From assembly GCA_963698885.1 (NCBI GenBank), contig CAVOSJ010000003.1, positions 553,250 through 617,249 on the forward strand: a stretch of DNA of 64,000 nt, given 5' to 3'. Both the position numbers and the translations under genes were made by a program. The notes beneath the pieces were generated by a model that did not search any database, had not been told where the DNA came from, and was given only the letters and a program-made list of their open reading frames with translations. Shown piece after piece: positions 61,616-64,000 of this stretch. The DNA is from Nitrospirota bacterium (lineage in GTDB: Bacteria; Nitrospirota; JACRHJ01). Positions within the stretch are counted from its first letter, which is position 1. Every line of letters begins with the position of its first letter.

Positions 61616-62680
61616 ATGCGGAGCAATTCACAGAATGCTCTAAAACACATGAAGAGGAGGGACTTCCTCAAGTTCTGCGGCGCCACCGCCGCTATCCTGG
61701 GGCTGTCCGAGGCATACATACCTCAAATCGCTCAGGCCGTGACTACCGCTTCAAAGCGGCCCTCCGTCGTATGGCTGACCCTGGCATGCGACTCCGGCTG
61801 CACTGAGATGTTCATCAAGGCCAAAAACCCTGGCCCCGCCGAGATAATACTGGACATAATCAGCCTTGATTTCAATGATACGATTATGGCCGCGGCCGGC
61901 GACCAGGCGGAGGAAAATTTCCATAGCGCTGTTGACAAGGGCGGGTTCATATTCGTCATTGAGGGTTCCATGCCCTCCAAAAAGGGCTACGGCAGCATTC
62001 ATGGCAAGGATTTTATAGACATTGTCAAGGAGGCCGCACCGAAGGCCGCGGCCGTCGTGGCGATAGGCTCCTGTGCGACGAATACGGGCGTACCGGGCGC
62101 GGCGCCGAACCCGGCGGGGCTCATGAGCGTACCCGATGTCCTGGGGCCCATGGGGATAAAGAACGTGAACCTCCCGGGCTGTCCCGCGGACCCGAAGATG
62201 CTGGTGGCGGTAATAGTGAATTACCTGCTTTTCGGCAAGCTCCCGGATTTGGACGAACAGGGCAGGCCCAAGATGTTCTATTCCAAGACCGTCCATGAGC
62301 AATGCGAACGCCGGGCATATTTCGAGGCGGGCAAGTTCGTGGAGGCTTTCGGCACACCTGAAATGGATAAAGGATACTGCCTGTTCAAGATGGGCTGCAA
62401 GGGCCCGATGACATACGCCCCCTGCCCGACTATCCGTTACAACGACAATGCTAACTGGTGCATCATGGCGGGCGGCCCCTGCATAGGCTGTTACGACATG
62501 AAGTGGCCGGACGCATTCCACCCGTTCTACGCCCAACTAAAGAACGTATCGGTTCCCGGCTTCGGCGGCGACACCTCCGCCGACACCATAGGCAAAGTAG
62601 TTGGCGCCGCGACGGTTGTCGGTATTGCGGCACATGCCGCCGTTACTGCCGGCAAAGGCAGCAAGAAGGAGGAGAAATAA
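61616..62680 (+). CDS. [NiFe] hydrogenase small subunit (group 1, Tat signal, C-terminal membrane anchor)
   Basis: MKRRDFLKFCGATAAILG (twin-arginine motif). Cys clusters for proximal, medial and distal FeS. SD GAAAGGAAGGGG upstream of the ATG at 61616. Confidence 0.9.
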   Translation: MRSNSQNALKHMKRRDFLKFCGATAAILGLSEAYIPQIAQAVTTASKRPSVVWLTLACDSGCTEMFIKAKNPGPAEIILDIISLDFNDTIMAAAGDQAEENFHSAVDKGGFIFVIEGSMPSKKGYGSIHGKDFIDIVKEAAPKAAAVVAIGSCATNTGVPGAAPNPAGLMSVPDVLGPMGIKNVNLPGCPADPKMLVAVIVNYLLFGKLPDLDEQGRPKMFYSKTVHEQCERRAYFEAGKFVEAFGTPEMDKGYCLFKMGCKGPMTYAPCPTIRYNDNANWCIMAGGPCIGCYDMKWPDAFHPFYAQLKNVSVPGFGGDTSADTIGKVVGAATVVGIAAHAAVTAGKGSKKEEK

Positions 62681-62681
62681 T

Positions 62682-64000
62682 ATGGCTAGAATAGTAATAG
62701 ATCCCATAACCCGGATAGAGGGCCACTTGAAGCTTGAAGTCGAGATTGAAGGCGGCAAGGTAAAAGACGCCTGGACCTCCGGCACTCTCTTCAGGGGATT
62801 CGAGATAATTCTCCAGGGCAGAGACCCCAGGGACGCCTGGCAGTTTACCCAGCGGGTATGCGGCGTCTGCCCCACCTCCCATGGCCATACCGCCTCGATG
62901 GGCCTGGACGACTCTTTCAAGGTGAAGATACCGGACAACGCCTTAATAATAAGGAACATGATAGAAGGCTGCCAGTTCCTGCACTCGCACATACTCTGGT
63001 TTTACCACCTGGCGGCGCTGGATTACGTGGACGTGGTTTCCGCGCTCTCGGCGAAAACGAGCGACCCGAAACTCCTGGCCGTACAAGGCAAGCTGAAGAC
63101 GTTCGTGGAGTCCGGCCAGCTCGGCCCCTTTGCAAATGCCTATTGGGGACATCCGGCGTACAAACTCCCGCCTGAAGTGAACCTGCTTGCAGTCTCGCAT
63201 TATCTGGACGCGCTCGACATGCAGGCGGAAGCCGCGAGCATGTCCGCCCTGTTCGGCGGCAGGATGCCCATGACCATGACCTCGCCTCCCGGCGGCGTAA
63301 ACGCGATAGTCAACCTGGATATAATAGCCCACTTCCTTTACAGGCTGAAGAAGCTTCAAGCGTTCGTTGACAACGTGTTCATCCCGGACGTCCTTGCCGT
63401 GGCGCCTTTTTATCTCGACTGGGCGGGCATAGGCAAAGGCCACGGAAACTACCTGGCCTGGGGCGTATTCGAAGACCTGGCGACCAGGGACCCGTACAAG
63501 AGGCTTCTGCCCCGCGGCGCGGTGTTTGCGGACAAGGGCCTCACGCCTCAGAAGGTCGGCCCGGAGATGGTTACGGAGGACGTCACCCACGGCTTCTACA
63601 AGAAGGGCCCCGCCCTCAACCCGGCGCAGGGCGAGACCCTTCCGGATTTTACGGGATTCGATACTAACAGCAAATACACCTGGGCGAAGGCGCCCAGGCT
63701 TAACGGCAAGCCCATGGAAGTCGGCGCACTGTCCAGAATGCTGGTGGCATATGTTTCAGGACAGCCGCAGGCGAAGGAACTTATCGACGGCACGCTGAAA
63801 GCGCTGGGAGTTGCGGGAAAGCCGGAAGTCCTGATGTCCGTGCTTGGCCGAATCGCGGCGAGGGCGCTTGAGACGAAGATTGTCGCCGATGCGATGGTGG
63901 GCTGGACGGCCCAGCTCGCAAAGAATTTAGGCGCCGGCGATACCAAGCTCTTCCAGCAGTACGAGCTGCCGGATAAGGCAAGCGGCATCGGCCTCTGGGA
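62682..64000 (+). CDS. [NiFe] hydrogenase large subunit, 5' part (continues beyond the window)
   Basis: MARIVIDPITRIEGHLKLEVEI..RVCGVCPTSHGHTAS (L1 Ni-binding motif). Starts 2 nt after the small-subunit stop. No stop codon before position 64000. Confidence 0.9.
   Translation, partial: MARIVIDPITRIEGHLKLEVEIEGGKVKDAWTSGTLFRGFEIILQGRDPRDAWQFTQRVCGVCPTSHGHTASMGLDDSFKVKIPDNALIIRNMIEGCQFLHSHILWFYHLAALDYVDVVSALSAKTSDPKLLAVQGKLKTFVESGQLGPFANAYWGHPAYKLPPEVNLLAVSHYLDALDMQAEAASMSALFGGRMPMTMTSPPGGVNAIVNLDIIAHFLYRLKKLQAFVDNVFIPDVLAVAPFYLDWAGIGKGHGNYLAWGVFEDLATRDPYKRLLPRGAVFADKGLTPQKVGPEMVTEDVTHGFYKKGPALNPAQGETLPDFTGFDTNSKYTWAKAPRLNGKPMEVGALSRMLVAYVSGQPQAKELIDGTLKALGVAGKPEVLMSVLGRIAARALETKIVADAMVGWTAQLAKNLGAGDTKLFQQYELPDKASGIGLW

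Overview
This is a high-GC (about 60%) bacterial chromosomal segment, most likely from an anaerobe: it carries sigma-54 regulation, a formate dehydrogenase operon and a [NiFe] hydrogenase.

The first ~44 kb (bp 1-44311) is almost entirely minus-strand. In order it carries: a secreted papain-family peptidase, tRNA-Arg, apt, a sigma-70 factor, acyP, tRNA-Pro, a zinc-ribbon/receiver protein, an M16-like protein, a SPOR protein, queA, spoIID, DUF2905, a TIGYG K+ channel, a Mut7-C protein, a MerR-like regulator, an ASKHA ATPase, two adjacent moeA paralogues (one fused to a PBP-like domain), HU, sppA, rpsA, plsC, cmk, an aroA-tyrA-hisC-pheA operon, mogA plus a MOSC gene, an mltA-MCP-mtnA operon, a plus-strand periplasmic copper/thiol cluster (YHS, two Trx-like, CcdA, CopZ), and a nuoE-nuoF-FeS-fdhA formate dehydrogenase operon with a Cys-type alpha subunit.

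After tRNA-Glu the strand switches to plus: a TPR membrane protein, then two paralogous modules of sensor kinase + sigma-54 activator + USP + DUF81 (TauE/SafE) permease, a PEP-synthase-like protein with a non-canonical C-terminus, and the start of a group-1 [NiFe] hydrogenase (small subunit plus partial large subunit).

Three AT-rich islets (16.4-17.0 kb, 22.85-23.4 kb, 28.1-30.3 kb) interrupt this background. The largest is a decaying island with ORF remnants and a repeat-flanked gene.

At least 15 apparent frameshifts hit conserved or essential genes (rpsA, aroA, cmk, sppA, moeA and others). Where the junction could be read (sppA, rpsA) it lies at a homopolymer or a single-base run-length difference, so they most likely reflect indel errors in the assembly rather than pseudogenes.

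The most novel-looking region is the duplicated sigma-54 / USP / DUF81 module (46.5-61.3 kb) together with its PEP-synthase-like protein.
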